A DNA stretch of 64,000 nt from Piromyces finnis finn. Lineage: Eukaryota > Fungi > Neocallimastigomycota. Positions 27,328 through 40,491 of the stretch are shown here, piece after piece (the first letter of the stretch is position 1; every line of letters begins with the position of its first letter). The notes under the pieces were generated by a model, which worked only from the letters and a program-made list of their open reading frames with translations, made no database searches and had not been told where the DNA came from. The stretch is taken from the NCBI GenBank assembly GCA_002104945.1, contig MCFH01000030.1:434001-498000 (forward strand), in the 5' to 3' direction. A program made the translations under genes and the position numbers.

Positions 27328-30300
27328 ATTCCAAAAAAAAAAAAAATTTAATAATTTTAAATATGAGTTTTAATCCAACAATAATTTTAAAGTTTATACA
27401 GAAATGTTGCTTTATATATTTATAATATTTATAATTTTTTTCTTAGAAAAAAAAAAAGGAAAGAAAATTACCGAATAAAATGAAACCATTAAAATTAGCT
27501 ATCTGGACATATATTTATAACTTTATCAATATATAAATGTGATTAAAATTCATCAATTATATATATTCATCATTTCATCCTAAATAAATTAATAACCCAA
27601 AGTAATATATAAATGATAAGAGGAAAAAATATAAAAGAAATCATTTAATATTTACAAGATATAACAATTAATTCTTCCTATATACATATATACAATAAAA
27701 CCGTATTCTTAATTATATCATTCCTTTTACTGTTGTATATACAAAAATAATTATAATTATTTTAATCTATTTGTTATTTATATCGACAAATCATTAAAAA
27801 ATAAACTTTAAAAAGCATTAATTTGTTTAAAAAGACTCATATTAAAAATAAATAAATAAAAACAATTTATGTGTAAATCAATATGATTAAAGATTTAAGC
27901 TTAGAAAAAGCAATCAATGAAAATTAGTAATTTCTTTAAGAAATTTTTTATAAATGTTGTTAATAATAAATTACAACAGTTTTTATTTTAAAAAATTGAT
28001 TGTTTTGTTGTATTATGCAAAAAAAATAAAGAGCTATATAAAATCATTTATTATAAAAGCTTTATCATTTCATCTACTATTTTCATTTTGGATAGTTTTT
28101 TTTTTCTTTATATATATATATATATAGGCATTTAATAGATTAAAAATATTTAGAAGATTTTTGTATAAGTTGTATCCTTTCAAAATTAATTATATCAAGA
28201 AATTATCAAAAGAGTATACAATTTTTTTTATCATTTTCATTATACATCATAAAAAATTATATTAAAATAGTCATCATTGCTTATTAAAACTACCAAGAGC
28301 AATTCATTTCTATCATATAAACAAATAAAGTAGTTGATAATAGAAATAAAATCTTTTTTTTTTTTAATCATTTAAAAAAGTCTGGTTTGGTAATGCTTAT
28401 TAAATAGATATATAAATATCACCCATTATTATAGGATTATTTTTCATATTTTTCATTAATAGTTTTCATATTTTTAAAGTATAAAATCTATTTTTTTGTA
28501 ATATACTTTTTTTTTTAAAAATTATAATAATAAATAAAAATAGCTATGATTTCTTTTTATAACCATAAAATGAAAAAAGGAATAATATTTAGGTAATATA
28601 ATCAAAGTGTTTTTTAAACAAGTTTTTCAATATTTTATTTTATCTTTTTTTTTTTTTTTTTTAACATTCTCTTTTTATTCTTTTTATAGAATTTAAAATT
28701 AACTCTGTTTTTTCTATTATAAAACATGATATATATTTGAATTTAATAATATAATAAGTTTTTGAAACAAAATAAAAATAATTTGATGAAAAAAAGAATT
28801 GGGAAACAATTCACAAAATAATAGAAAATTAAATGATAAAAGGTAAAAAGTAAAAGGTCATTATTATTATTTAACGTTTTAACGTTGAAAATAACCTTTT
28901 AGATTATAATTAAGCTTTATTTACATTAAACTTCTCTTAGTTTACTATCTTTTTTTTTAAAGAAACATTTCATATTTTTAATAAAAATCTGATGATAAAA
29001 CTAATATTGAAATAATATTATTATTGTCTTATTTTTTTATTTATTGAATAAGTTAGAATTATAATATAAATAGGTAATTAATACAAAACTTAATAAATTT
29101 ATACTAAAATATGTGGCTTGATCTAATACTAATGATTCATGTACATGAATATTCTTATATCATGTGAATTACTAATTATTACTAATGTATTATTAATCGT
29201 TAATAATTAAAGCATATAAAGTTATGATATTATAACATAAATCATTAATAAAAAAATTTAAATTTATTTCATTTTATTTTAAATTAAATTATTAATTAAA
29301 GTTAAACTTTTAATTTATTATATTAAATTTTTAATTTGAATATCGATTCATATTTTTGTATTGAGACAAAATGGAAAATTGTAAATTAATATTTTAAAAA
29401 TTTAATTTATTTTATATATAATAAAATTCATTTGTCATTGTTTCAATTATTTTTCTTATTTTTTTCCTCATATCACCTAGGACCTTAGAATAATAATATT
29501 TGTAGTTTTATTGAAATTTGTTATATATAAATTATAGAATCAGTTCTATTTCATATTATCCATATAAAATGATTTAATAATAATAGGAAGAAGAAGAAAA
29601 AAAAAGAGAAAATATTAAGTAATGCATCAATTTATAATTAAATTTTATGATTTAAATTAAATGACATAACAATGAAGATTTTTTTTTTACTATTTTATAC
29701 TGTTTTAAATAGTAATAAATTGGTGGTAAATTATAAAATAAGTTATTGTATTATTAATAAAGTTATTTAATTAAATTTAATAGTTTGGATTATTTAAACA
29801 ATATTTGCTAACAATAGTTTATTATTTCATTTCTACCTACAACAATAGAAAATACTAAAACAATTTGTATAATAAAAAAAAAATTGATTTAAACTAAATT
29901 AATTCTTTCACTTTATTATATGGATTTATGGTTTATATAACTTTATTAAATAATTATCTTAATTTATTTAATCAATACAATAATAAACTTTAATGGTTAG
30001 TAAAAAAAAAAAAAAAAAGTATCTAGTAATCTTTTTCTTTCTTTTTTTTTTTTTTTTTTTTTTAATTAAAATGACTTTTAATTGGTTTAATTTATAATAA
30101 ATGAATAGTATAATATATGGTTTATTTTTTATTATATATATATTTGTTTTCTTTTCTTTTTAAATATTCAAAAAAAAAAAAAGGTTTAACACCTTAAAGA
30201 AAGGTTTTAAAAAGCATAATAAGGGAAAAAAAAAGAAAGCAACAGTAAAAAATAAAATAAAAATTAAAAAGCAATACTTTTTTGTATACCTTTATTTTTT

Positions 30301-30650
30301 TTCTCATTTCTTATAAATATATAAAAAAAATATATAGAAATAAGAATTACTACTAATAATCTGATAATAAAAAAAAACAAAGTTTTTCGATATTTGATAA
30401 CTATTTGAACACTTTATTTTTAAAATTATATCAAATTAAATCAGTATATTTATTTATTCTACTATCTATTCTAATACCTAAAATATATATATATACCTAC
30501 ATTAGAATACCTTTTGTAAAAGAAAAAAATATATAAATAACAATAATAATATTTTAATAGAATACAAAATAAAACAAAATTATATAAAAAATGAAAATAA
30601 TTATTTTTACTTTATTATATTTAAAATAAAAATATTATATAAGAGTCAAA

Positions 30651-32060
30651 ATGTTAAATATTGAATGTCTAAACAGTATTATTCCAAGATTAAGAGTAGA
30701 CAGAGATGACCTTGAAATACTTTTAAATGAATATATTCGTAATGCTTTTTTTCCTTGGGTATGTATTATTTTATTATTAAATAAAAGAAGTTGGAAAAGA
30801 CCAGTCATTATTATTTTAATAGGTCATTGGTTTCTTCGTTCTACCGGAAATGTATTAAGAGATTGTATGTATTTAAGAGAAGGGGATATCGGTACAGTAT
30901 GGCCTTATGGTGCTTTTAATTGGTATGTTAGTAATGCTTTAGCTCATGTTTTTTGGTTATCTGGGGAAATTATGGGAGATTGGTATCCTCTTCTTCGGAC
31001 AAAAGCGGTAACTAATAATACTCGAAAAATGAAGAGTGTTTATGCTATGTGCATTATTTACAATTTAGTAAAAGTTTTTGGTATTATAACTTTTTTTTTA
31101 AGTAATCCTATCGACTTACATACAAAGTCCGTAATGGTTAATGGAATTATTCAAACTTTTATACCAAAAGATTTGCAAAAGTTTAATATAGCATGGTGGT
31201 CTACCGTAGCAGTGATCAATATTGTTAGTATTTTTTATGATATTTCTGTTATATATTGCATGAGAAAGAGTTTTTTTGACCGTTTAAAAGAGTATAAAAC
31301 ACATAAAGAAAATACATTTATGGATAAATTTAAACAAATTTCTGAATTTCGTATTATTATTTCATTGGTTTCCTCAATGCTATTTTTATTATTTGTCATT
31401 CCATTTGTAGTCATGATTGTGATGGAAAATATTAAAAATATTAAAACACCGTATACCGTATCAGAATATAAAAAGGATGATATTGAACAATTACGTCAAG
31501 TGGTTTTATCTATTAATTACAATTTAATGTATATTGATCAAATTTTATTGCAAACCTTTGTAAAAGAAAATACCACAATTAAAATTAAAGTAAATAAAAA
31601 TTCTAATCATAGTACTTCTTCTTCTTCCATAAAATATAATCATTCTCCATACCAAAAATTAAATATTACAACTAATTTATACGGATCAGAAACCCTTAAT
31701 TTCTCACCCTCTTCCTATTCTTCTCCTTCCTCAACTTTTCAAAAACCAAGCATCAATTCTACACCTAACTCAACCATGGGCTTATCTAATACGGATTCCA
31801 CAACTTTCAATGATTCTTATTATGAACCCTTTTATCTAGAAAATAAAAATTATTCCAATGTCGAACTCTTTAATTACTATCCAAATAATGAAAGAAAATA
31901 TGAAAATTCAAAAGGTATAAATTTTCATAAAATATCTTCTCCTTCCAAGGATAATGATTATTATGAAAGTCATAATCTTTCTTCTTCTTGTAAATCTTAT
32001 ACCAATAATAGAAATATATTTTCTTCTTCTCATTATTGTATAAATGATTTAAAGCAATGA
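30651..32060 (+). CDS. 7TM GPCR-like membrane protein, paralog 1
   Basis: Seven hydrophobic segments followed by a Ser/Thr/Asn-rich tail. Shares the motifs FPW, WKRP..HWF.RS.G, GE..GDWYPL.RT, WW, KFKQISEFR and MYIDQ with five neighbouring ORFs. Confidence 0.8.
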   Translation: MLNIECLNSIIPRLRVDRDDLEILLNEYIRNAFFPWVCIILLLNKRSWKRPVIIILIGHWFLRSTGNVLRDCMYLREGDIGTVWPYGAFNWYVSNALAHVFWLSGEIMGDWYPLLRTKAVTNNTRKMKSVYAMCIIYNLVKVFGIITFFLSNPIDLHTKSVMVNGIIQTFIPKDLQKFNIAWWSTVAVINIVSIFYDISVIYCMRKSFFDRLKEYKTHKENTFMDKFKQISEFRIIISLVSSMLFLLFVIPFVVMIVMENIKNIKTPYTVSEYKKDDIEQLRQVVLSINYNLMYIDQILLQTFVKENTTIKIKVNKNSNHSTSSSSIKYNHSPYQKLNITTNLYGSETLNFSPSSYSSPSSTFQKPSINSTPNSTMGLSNTDSTTFNDSYYEPFYLENKNYSNVELFNYYPNNERKYENSKGINFHKISSPSKDNDYYESHNLSSSCKSYTNNRNIFSSSHYCINDLKQ

Positions 32061-32925
32061 TTAAAAAAAAGAACAAAAATATAGAAAGATTGAAAAATAT
32101 TATAAAAATAATTAAATTTTAACTTTTATAAATATAAATCATTAGAAAGTAATACAATATGACATATGACATAGACTATATATTTTAAATTGTAAAAAAA
32201 TAAATAAATAAATTAATAAATAAAATAAATGAATAAATAAATATAAATTAAAATTTTTTTTATCTAAATATTTATTTCTTATGATTATTTATTTAAATTG
32301 TTAAATAAAAGAGTCATTACTATATGGCCAACTACAAGTTATTGGTGACATTTTTAGTGGGTGAAAAAATTATAGTATGGCAAATTAATTTTGAGTAGGT
32401 AAAGAAATAATTTTCAATTTCTTTTTTTTTTTTTTATTTATTTTTTTATTACTTTATTTTTTTTTAAAAAAAAATACATGTAAAAGATACGAATTCTATT
32501 ATTTTTATTATTTTTTTTTTATAAAATCAAATTTTGGTTTTGAGGTCTTTTATATTTTATTATTTTATATTTTATATAAAATTTATTATTTTTTTTTTTT
32601 TTAATTTTTTTTTAATTTTAATTTAAAAAAGTCTTTTTTAGAATTCCAGATGCTTTTTAATATTTTATTTTATTTCTAAATATAAAATGTCTTTTTTTTT
32701 ATTTTATTTATTTTTTTATTTTATTTTTTATTTTTTATTTATTAATTTATTTATTCATTTATTTTTATTTAAAATATTTTTTTATTTTTTATTTATAATA
32801 AAAATAGTTCAATGATTTTAATAAAACTTTTAATTAAATAGGTAAAAATAATATTAAAAAAGAAACTTTGTTTAATATTCGTTTTTAATAAAAAATAAAA
32901 AAAAAAAAGAAAGGTTAGGTGGACT

Positions 32926-33200
32926 ATAGTCAAGGTATTTGGAATGTGTTGCTATTTTATGGATTACCCAATTGATTAACTCATTTTGATAAATAAAGAA
33001 AAGAGGTCAACGGAACACTTATTTTTAAAATATGATGGTGGACTACTGTTGCTGTTATTCAAATCGCTAGTTTTATATATGATTTATCGGTAATTTATGC
33101 CTTAAAAAGAGGACTTTTTGATAAAATAAAAGAATGTCGAAGGAATGTCAAAACTAATTTTATGGAAAAGTTTAAACAAATATCCGAATTACGTATTATA
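32926..33200 (+). pseudogene. Truncated pseudogene fragment of the 7TM family (TM4-TM6 region)
   Basis: Translates as IVKVFGMCCYFMDYPID, then a frameshift and stops, then WWTTVAVIQIASFIYDLSVIYALKRGLFDKIKECRRNVKTNFMEKFKQISELRII. Confidence 0.85.
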
Positions 33201-33315
33201 ATAATGAAAAAATTCATTTATTTTATTATGAGATGAAATTTATTCTTCTTTTATATATCTTTATTTTTATCCATATTTTTTTTATTATTAAACTAGAAGA
33301 ATAATTAGAATAGTA

Positions 33316-33446
<131 letters not shown>

Positions 33447-34136
33447 TAATAATTAATAATAATTGATTTATATTCAAATTATTTTTATAATACTACCTAT
33501 TGTTTCATGTTTCATTTATATAAAATTATTAAAAATAAACTTTATAAATGATAATTATTATTCATGGAAATTTTTATTATAATAGGAAAATCTTGTAAAA
33601 AGTTTAATAAATAATAAAAATATGATTTTTTATAATAGATAAATTCCTTTTATTCCTATTTCTAGTTAAAATTCTATTTAAATCAAATTATTAATTATTT
33701 TAATATAAATATATTGATGATGGAATAATAGTAAATTTTCCAATAAATTAAAAATTTCGAAACAAAATCTTAATTACTAAAAAATTTTTAATTTATAAAG
33801 AACAATATCATCTTTTATAGTTAATTCATTATTATTATTATACAAAAAAACAATAAATTTAATATTCCTATGACCATAAAGTAAAAAAAAAAAATTACTT
33901 TATTTAATAACACAATAGAATGTCATTGTTATTTACATTTTATATATAGTTTTATATTATATAATTATAATAGTAGTATATCATAGAAAAAAAAATAAAA
34001 CTATATATATATAATTTTATTTATATAAAGGTAATAAATTCAGATTATTCTATACAAGATATATAAATATATATGTACAGAGAAATTATATAAATATATC
34101 AATAAATTTTTTAATTTAATCCTATTTAAAAAAGAA

Positions 34137-35402
34137 ATGCAATATTTATTAATTCTCAGTGAACACTCAAATGGACAAAAATTAAAAGTAGATGGTTATC
34201 AATATGTGATAAATTCGTATATTTGCAATTCTTATTTTCCATGGGTCTGTTTAATCATATTATTGAATTTTATAAATTGGAAAAGACCTATTATTTTAAT
34301 TCTAATATTGCATTGGTTTTTTAGATCAACTGGTGACTTATTACGAAATACGATGGAATTGAGACCAATGGATGATAATATGTATTGGCCTTATTCCCAA
34401 AAAAATTGGTATATTAGTAATGCTGTGGCCCATATATTTTGGTTATTAGGTGAAATTATTGGTGATTGGTATCCTCTTATAAGAACAAAAGCAGTCACCC
34501 TTAATAAAGAAAAATTAAAATTTGTTTATACAACTTGTATCCTACATAATCTTGTAAAAGTAATTGGGATGTATTGTTATTTTATGAAATTTCCTATTGA
34601 TTTACGTCATATGGATGAAAATGGAAATTTACTTCATGGAATAACTCAATATAGTATTGCATGGTGGTCTACGGTATCTCTAATGCAAATATCTAGTTTA
34701 TTATATGATTTATCGGTAATTTCTGCTTTGAAAACATGTCTTTTCAATAAAATTGAAGAATACAAAACTTTTATAAAAAATACATTTTTAGACAAATTTA
34801 AACAAATTTCTGAATTTCGAATTTTTTTTTCCATGATTTTTTCTATCGCCTTTTTACCATTTGTCATTACTTTTGTCATTTATCTTTTATCTGAATTTAA
34901 AAAAAATAACACGCTTCAATACGCCTCTTCTGATACTAGTATTGAACAACTTAGACAAGTAGTACTCAATTTTAATTATACCTTAATGTATATAGATCAA
35001 GCATTACTTTTATATTTTATTCGGAAAACTAATCATCCTAGCGAAAAGAATTTATCTTTTTCTCTACAAAAACCTCCCAGTAATAATTCTATTCAATTTT
35101 TAAATTATTCAAAAATAGATTTTACTAATAATAATAGTAATACTAATAATAGTATTTCTCAAATGTCAAAAAATATCTATGGTACTTTAGTTTCACCAAA
35201 ACTCTCTAATATAACTTCATTAAATATTAATGATTATTATCCCATGCATCATATAAATCATCCACCTAATAATATACCATTTTACGACATTAAAGAAAAG
35301 AATAATATTTTAATACTTGACATACATAATAATAATGAGTCTAGTTTATCAAATTTATTAGCAGTGAATAAAACTTGGCTAGATAAATATGATAATATGT
35401 AA
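34137..35402 (+). CDS. 7TM GPCR-like membrane protein, paralog 2
   Basis: Same conserved motifs: FPWVCLIILL, WKRP, GEIIGDWYPLIRTKA, AWWS, KFKQISEFR, MYIDQ. Confidence 0.8.
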   Translation: MQYLLILSEHSNGQKLKVDGYQYVINSYICNSYFPWVCLIILLNFINWKRPIILILILHWFFRSTGDLLRNTMELRPMDDNMYWPYSQKNWYISNAVAHIFWLLGEIIGDWYPLIRTKAVTLNKEKLKFVYTTCILHNLVKVIGMYCYFMKFPIDLRHMDENGNLLHGITQYSIAWWSTVSLMQISSLLYDLSVISALKTCLFNKIEEYKTFIKNTFLDKFKQISEFRIFFSMIFSIAFLPFVITFVIYLLSEFKKNNTLQYASSDTSIEQLRQVVLNFNYTLMYIDQALLLYFIRKTNHPSEKNLSFSLQKPPSNNSIQFLNYSKIDFTNNNSNTNNSISQMSKNIYGTLVSPKLSNITSLNINDYYPMHHINHPPNNIPFYDIKEKNNILILDIHNNNESSLSNLLAVNKTWLDKYDNM

Positions 35403-36674
35403 ATAATAAAAATGTTAATAAAAAAAATATGATAAGTATTATTATTATTATTTATTATTATGTAAATCTAGTTACTAGTTATTTTAATATCTTTTTTTTT
35501 TTTTTTTTTAATATTATTAATAAATTTTTAAAATTTTAATTCATTAAATTTTTTAAAAATCGTTCCTTTTTTTATATAGAAAAATAGAAATTTATAAGAT
35601 TTATGAATATTTACAAAAGACATAAAAATTCTTGTATAAATCTAAAGTATCCTTAATAATGAAATTTTATTTTTGAAATAAAAACTATTTTTTTTTTAAA
35701 TATTTAAATATAATCTTTTTTACTTTTAATGTATATAAAAAAAAAAAAGAAATTAAAAATTTCTATTTTTTTTTTTAAGAAATTTTTTTTTCTCCCATTT
35801 CTACTTGATGATTTTATTTTTTTTCTGTGAGAAATTAAAACTGAAAAATTGATTTTTTTTTTTTTAATTTTTTTTAAAATATATATATGTATGTTTTTCT
35901 TTTTTTAATGTTCAAGAGACCATTATTAAAATATTATTTTATAGTAATGTTTAATTAAAGGTACCAATTTAAAAATAAAAAAAAGATATATAAATAAAAG
36001 AAAAAACCCACTTTTCCTTTTTTCCATTTTAATTTTTTTTTTTTTCCATAATCTTTAAATTTCAATTTTTTTTTCTTCAATTTTTATTATTATATTAAAT
36101 TAATATTTTTTTTTAATATAAAAATAAAAAAAAAAAATAGATTAATTTTCTTTTGATCATCCTTTTTTTTTCGATTTATTATTTTCCTACACTTTATAAT
36201 ATTCTAAAATAGAAAAATGGCTTTATAAAAGTTTTCTTTCTTTTTTTTTTTTAATAATCTTCAAATTTTTTAAAAACAAAACTTTTTTTTTTTATTCAAC
36301 CATATTATGTGGGAGAAATTATTTTATTTTTATTTTACAAAAAAAAAATAGTAAAAATTCATGTAAACCATCCTTGAAATAGAGGATTTTCTATTAGCCC
36401 AAAATTGAAAAGAATAAAATGATAAACAAAAAAATGATGTCTAAATAAAACAAAAAATGTTTCAAATAAATTAATTTATAACAAAATGTTTTACCTTTTA
36501 TATCTATTTTTAATTAAAAAATGTGTTTATTTTAATTTTTAAAATAATAAACTAAACACATTGGTTACACAAAACTTTGTATTTAATTTTATTTTCCTAA
36601 TTTGAAATTAACATTTTTGGGCTTGTCATGTTTAATTAATTAAATTCAATCAATTCAATCAATAAATGAATGAA

Positions 36675-36677
<3 letters not shown>

Positions 36678-36729
<52 letters not shown>

Positions 36730-36730
36730 A
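36678..36730. repeat. (AATA)n microsatellite
   Basis: Pure tetranucleotide run. Confidence 0.9.
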
Positions 36731-37219
36731 TGTTCGAATATAAAATATTGAAATAAATTAAATAAGTTTATAATATATTAAATTAATTTATATATGTTAA
36801 ATTTTTATTATATTTAAAATATTATATATAATAAATAAACTTTATTAAATATTAAAATAACTTATTTTCTATTTAATAATAAACATTTTATTTATGATGT
36901 ATTATATATAATTACATATAATTATATATATTGTATAAATTATATAAATTGTATAATTTAATATATTTAATATATAGAGATTTATATTAAATATTAATAA
37001 TATTAATAATGTAAAACTCTATCGATTTAAATAAAACGATACAACAATTAAAACGTTTTAAGTATTTCATCATCATCAAAATATATTAATTAATAAATTA
37101 ATAAAAAAAAGTATAAGTATAACAATTTTTACCAAAAAAAAAAAAAAAGTAAAAGATAATGAAGGAAGGATTAAATAATAAATTAATATCAATCATCATA
37201 ATTTTATAAAATTAAAAAT

Positions 37220-38410
37220 ATGCATGATTTAAACGTTTTTGGGGAACAACGAATAAAAGTAAATGTTGAACATATAAGTTCAAAATATATACAAATGGCA
37301 AGTATTGACGCCTTACAACATGTTGTGAATTCATTTATTGTTAATGCAAATTTTCCATGGTTATGTTTGGTATTACTTTTAAATAAAGGTGACTGGAAAC
37401 GAACCGTTATAATGATATTAATAAGTCATTGGTTTTTGAGGTCTATTGGAGATGTATTAAAGCATATCATGAAATTTTATCCACCAGATCCTAATATGGA
37501 ATGGCCTTATCATCTTGAAAGTTGGTATGTTAGTAATTCTTTTGCTAGAGTATTTTGGTTTGCTGGCGAAATTATAGGGGATTGGTATCCTCTTATAAGA
37601 ACAAAAGCTATTATAAAAAACAAAAGAAAAATAAAACCGGTATACATTACCTGTTTTATTTATAATATTGTAAAAATAGTTGGAGTAGCGTGTGATTTTG
37701 TCTATGCTCCAAAGGATTTAAATAAACCTCAGGAAAAATTTGAAATAAATAAATATGTACTTGATTACAAAGTTCATTGGTGGGTTATCGTCATGGTAAC
37801 TCAAGTTGCTAGTTTTTTTTATGATATGTCTGTTATTATAGCATTAAAAAACAGTCTTTTTAATAAACTTAAATCACTTACACTTAATTCTAAAAAAAAT
37901 AGATTTATAGATAAATTTAAACAAATATCCGAATTACGTATATTTATTTCAATGATTATATCCTTTTTATTTTTACCCTTTGCACTCTATTTGGTTTCAT
38001 TTCTGATTTATAATTATTATTATGTTATAAATTATAAAGCCACTTTTGATATTCATTCAATAAACGATAAAATAGAAAAGTTAAGACAACTTGTATTAAA
38101 TTTTAACTATACTTTTATGTATATTGATCAAGTTCTTCTTAGATTTTATATGAATCAAAATAATTCAAACCATTCAGCGTCAATGAAATCATATCAATCT
38201 TTTGAACCTAGATTTAATCAATCCCTTTTCAATAATGAAAAGGAAAATCATCTTCTTCAATGTCATTCTAATAATCCAATTTTTAATTTAAATAATAATA
38301 TATTTCAAAATAATTATAATTATTATCATTTGCACGATCCATCAAACGTATCAAACAATAATCCTAATGAATTACAATTCCATAAACCTATACATTTTCT
38401 TAAAGTATAA
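37220..38410 (+). CDS. 7TM GPCR-like membrane protein, paralog 3
   Basis: FPWLCLVLLL, GEIIGDWYPLIRTKA, HWW, KFKQISELR, MYIDQ. Confidence 0.8.
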   Translation: MHDLNVFGEQRIKVNVEHISSKYIQMASIDALQHVVNSFIVNANFPWLCLVLLLNKGDWKRTVIMILISHWFLRSIGDVLKHIMKFYPPDPNMEWPYHLESWYVSNSFARVFWFAGEIIGDWYPLIRTKAIIKNKRKIKPVYITCFIYNIVKIVGVACDFVYAPKDLNKPQEKFEINKYVLDYKVHWWVIVMVTQVASFFYDMSVIIALKNSLFNKLKSLTLNSKKNRFIDKFKQISELRIFISMIISFLFLPFALYLVSFLIYNYYYVINYKATFDIHSINDKIEKLRQLVLNFNYTFMYIDQVLLRFYMNQNNSNHSASMKSYQSFEPRFNQSLFNNEKENHLLQCHSNNPIFNLNNNIFQNNYNYYHLHDPSNVSNNNPNELQFHKPIHFLKV

Positions 38411-38827
38411 TCAATAAATGTTTGATTAAATAATTAGTATGTATAAATCCGTAAATTAAAAAGAATTAAATCATCTACAAAAAATTTTATATTATTATAT
38501 ACTAAATACAAAAATACAAAAACGAAATTTATTATTTGCCCATACTCTTTTTTTCAAAAAAAAAAAAAAAATTTAATTTCAATTTTTTTTATAAATATAA
38601 ATAATTAATTTGTAATATAGTTTTAAATTCAAAAACTAAATAATAAAAAGTTATCCTTTAACACATTAATCTATTATAAAATATTAAAACTCATAATAAA
38701 TAAATAACTAGATATAAATATATATAAAATAATATTTATATTTTCATTATAACAACTTTGCAATTAACATTTACAAAATTTAAAAAAGAAATAATATATA
38801 CATAAAGTATTATTAATCATAATTATC

Positions 38828-38858
<31 letters not shown>

Positions 38859-40491
38859 AAAAATGATCGAAATAATTTAAAATATTGAATAAAATATTAT
38901 TTAAAAATTATAAATATATATATATACATATATTGTCTTTTATTATTATTATTATTATAAACTGATTATTCTATAAAACTATTCATTTATATTTTATGAT
39001 ATTCATTTTTTTTTTATCATTATTAAAATCCAATTATTATTACTATTCTATTTATTAATATATAATATTATTGTTAAATCTTAATGATAGTAAAAATAGT
39101 GATAGGGATAACAGTAAAAATTATGATAAAAGTAATAATAATTTATGGAAATAGTAATTCTAAATTCTTCAAGTTTGAATCATTATTATAATTTAAATAG
39201 TAAATTTAGTTCATGGATGATGATAATTCTAATAATCCAGTGAATATCAATGTGTATAATTATTCCAGTTGCAAAAATAAAAAAAAAAATATTAAAATTC
39301 TTTTTTGCTTCTTTGGGGGTAAGAAGTTTAAAACAAAAATGATAATTCAAGGGAACTATACAAGTACCAAATTAAGCCGGAACATATGACTGTCAAAATA
39401 ATCCTAAAAAAAAAAATTAAGTCTTATACAATAGGAATGCTTTTTAATCTTATTTTAAATTTTTAAATTGTAATTTTTTAGGAGGGCAATGACAATATGA
39501 CAATATATATGATATGGGTTATTTTATGTAGAAAGAATTAAACTTTAAATAATATATGTTTTATTAATAACTTTATTTATTACGTTCCAATATTTCTATT
39601 CTATCTAAATACTAAAACGTCAATTCTGTCGTTGTTAACTATTAAAATTTTAACTAAAACAAGAAGCCCTTTTTAATAATAATTATTCTAGTCATTAATA
39701 GTTCCAGCCTTATAGGGTGGAACTATGTGGATCATACATTTACATTATCCTTTTACATTATATGATATTACATTCGTTATACTTTTACATTACATTCTTG
39801 TACATTGTAGAATTAATTAATATTATAATAAATCTATATAAATATAATATTAGTAAAAATTACTAATATAATAATATGTTCAAGTATTATTTTTATATCA
39901 TATACCATACATTATTAATACGAGAATATATTGTTATTTTTTTTTTTTAAATTAGGAGATATTTTTAGGAGGAGTAGCAAATTAAAAAATTTATTAAGAG
40001 TGATTATTATGTCAAAAAAAAAAATTTTTTTTTTTACTATTGTACAACAAAGTAAAATTTTTTTTTTTATAAAAAAATTTTGTTTCTTCTAAATTTATAA
40101 AATAAATGAATACAAAATTTATTTTGCTTTTTTTTTTATATATTTTATAATTTTTTTATTTTTTATTTTCTTTTTAAATATTATATATAGTTTGTAAATT
40201 AAAAAGAAGGATTAATTATCTTAATTATTACTTTTATATAATATATAATATAAAATAAAATAAAAAAAAATTTAATAAAATCTTTTTTTTTATTTTTAAT
40301 CTATCGGTATAAATATGTTCTATTGTTTAAATTTTTTAAACTTCTATTATATTATTATTATCTATTTATATATATATATATTTCAAGAAAATTTATATTA
40401 AATTATATCATACAATTAAAAAGAAACAATTTTTTTTGTATTTATTTTTATTGGCATAGTAGTGAAATCTTTTTTATTATTTTATTTTTAT

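Noticed and set aside
39050-39450. Degenerate membrane-protein remnant on the minus strand (EEFRITIS resembles ISEFRIIIS)
   Set aside because: Only one short motif, many stops, and hydrophobicity explained by T-rich composition.
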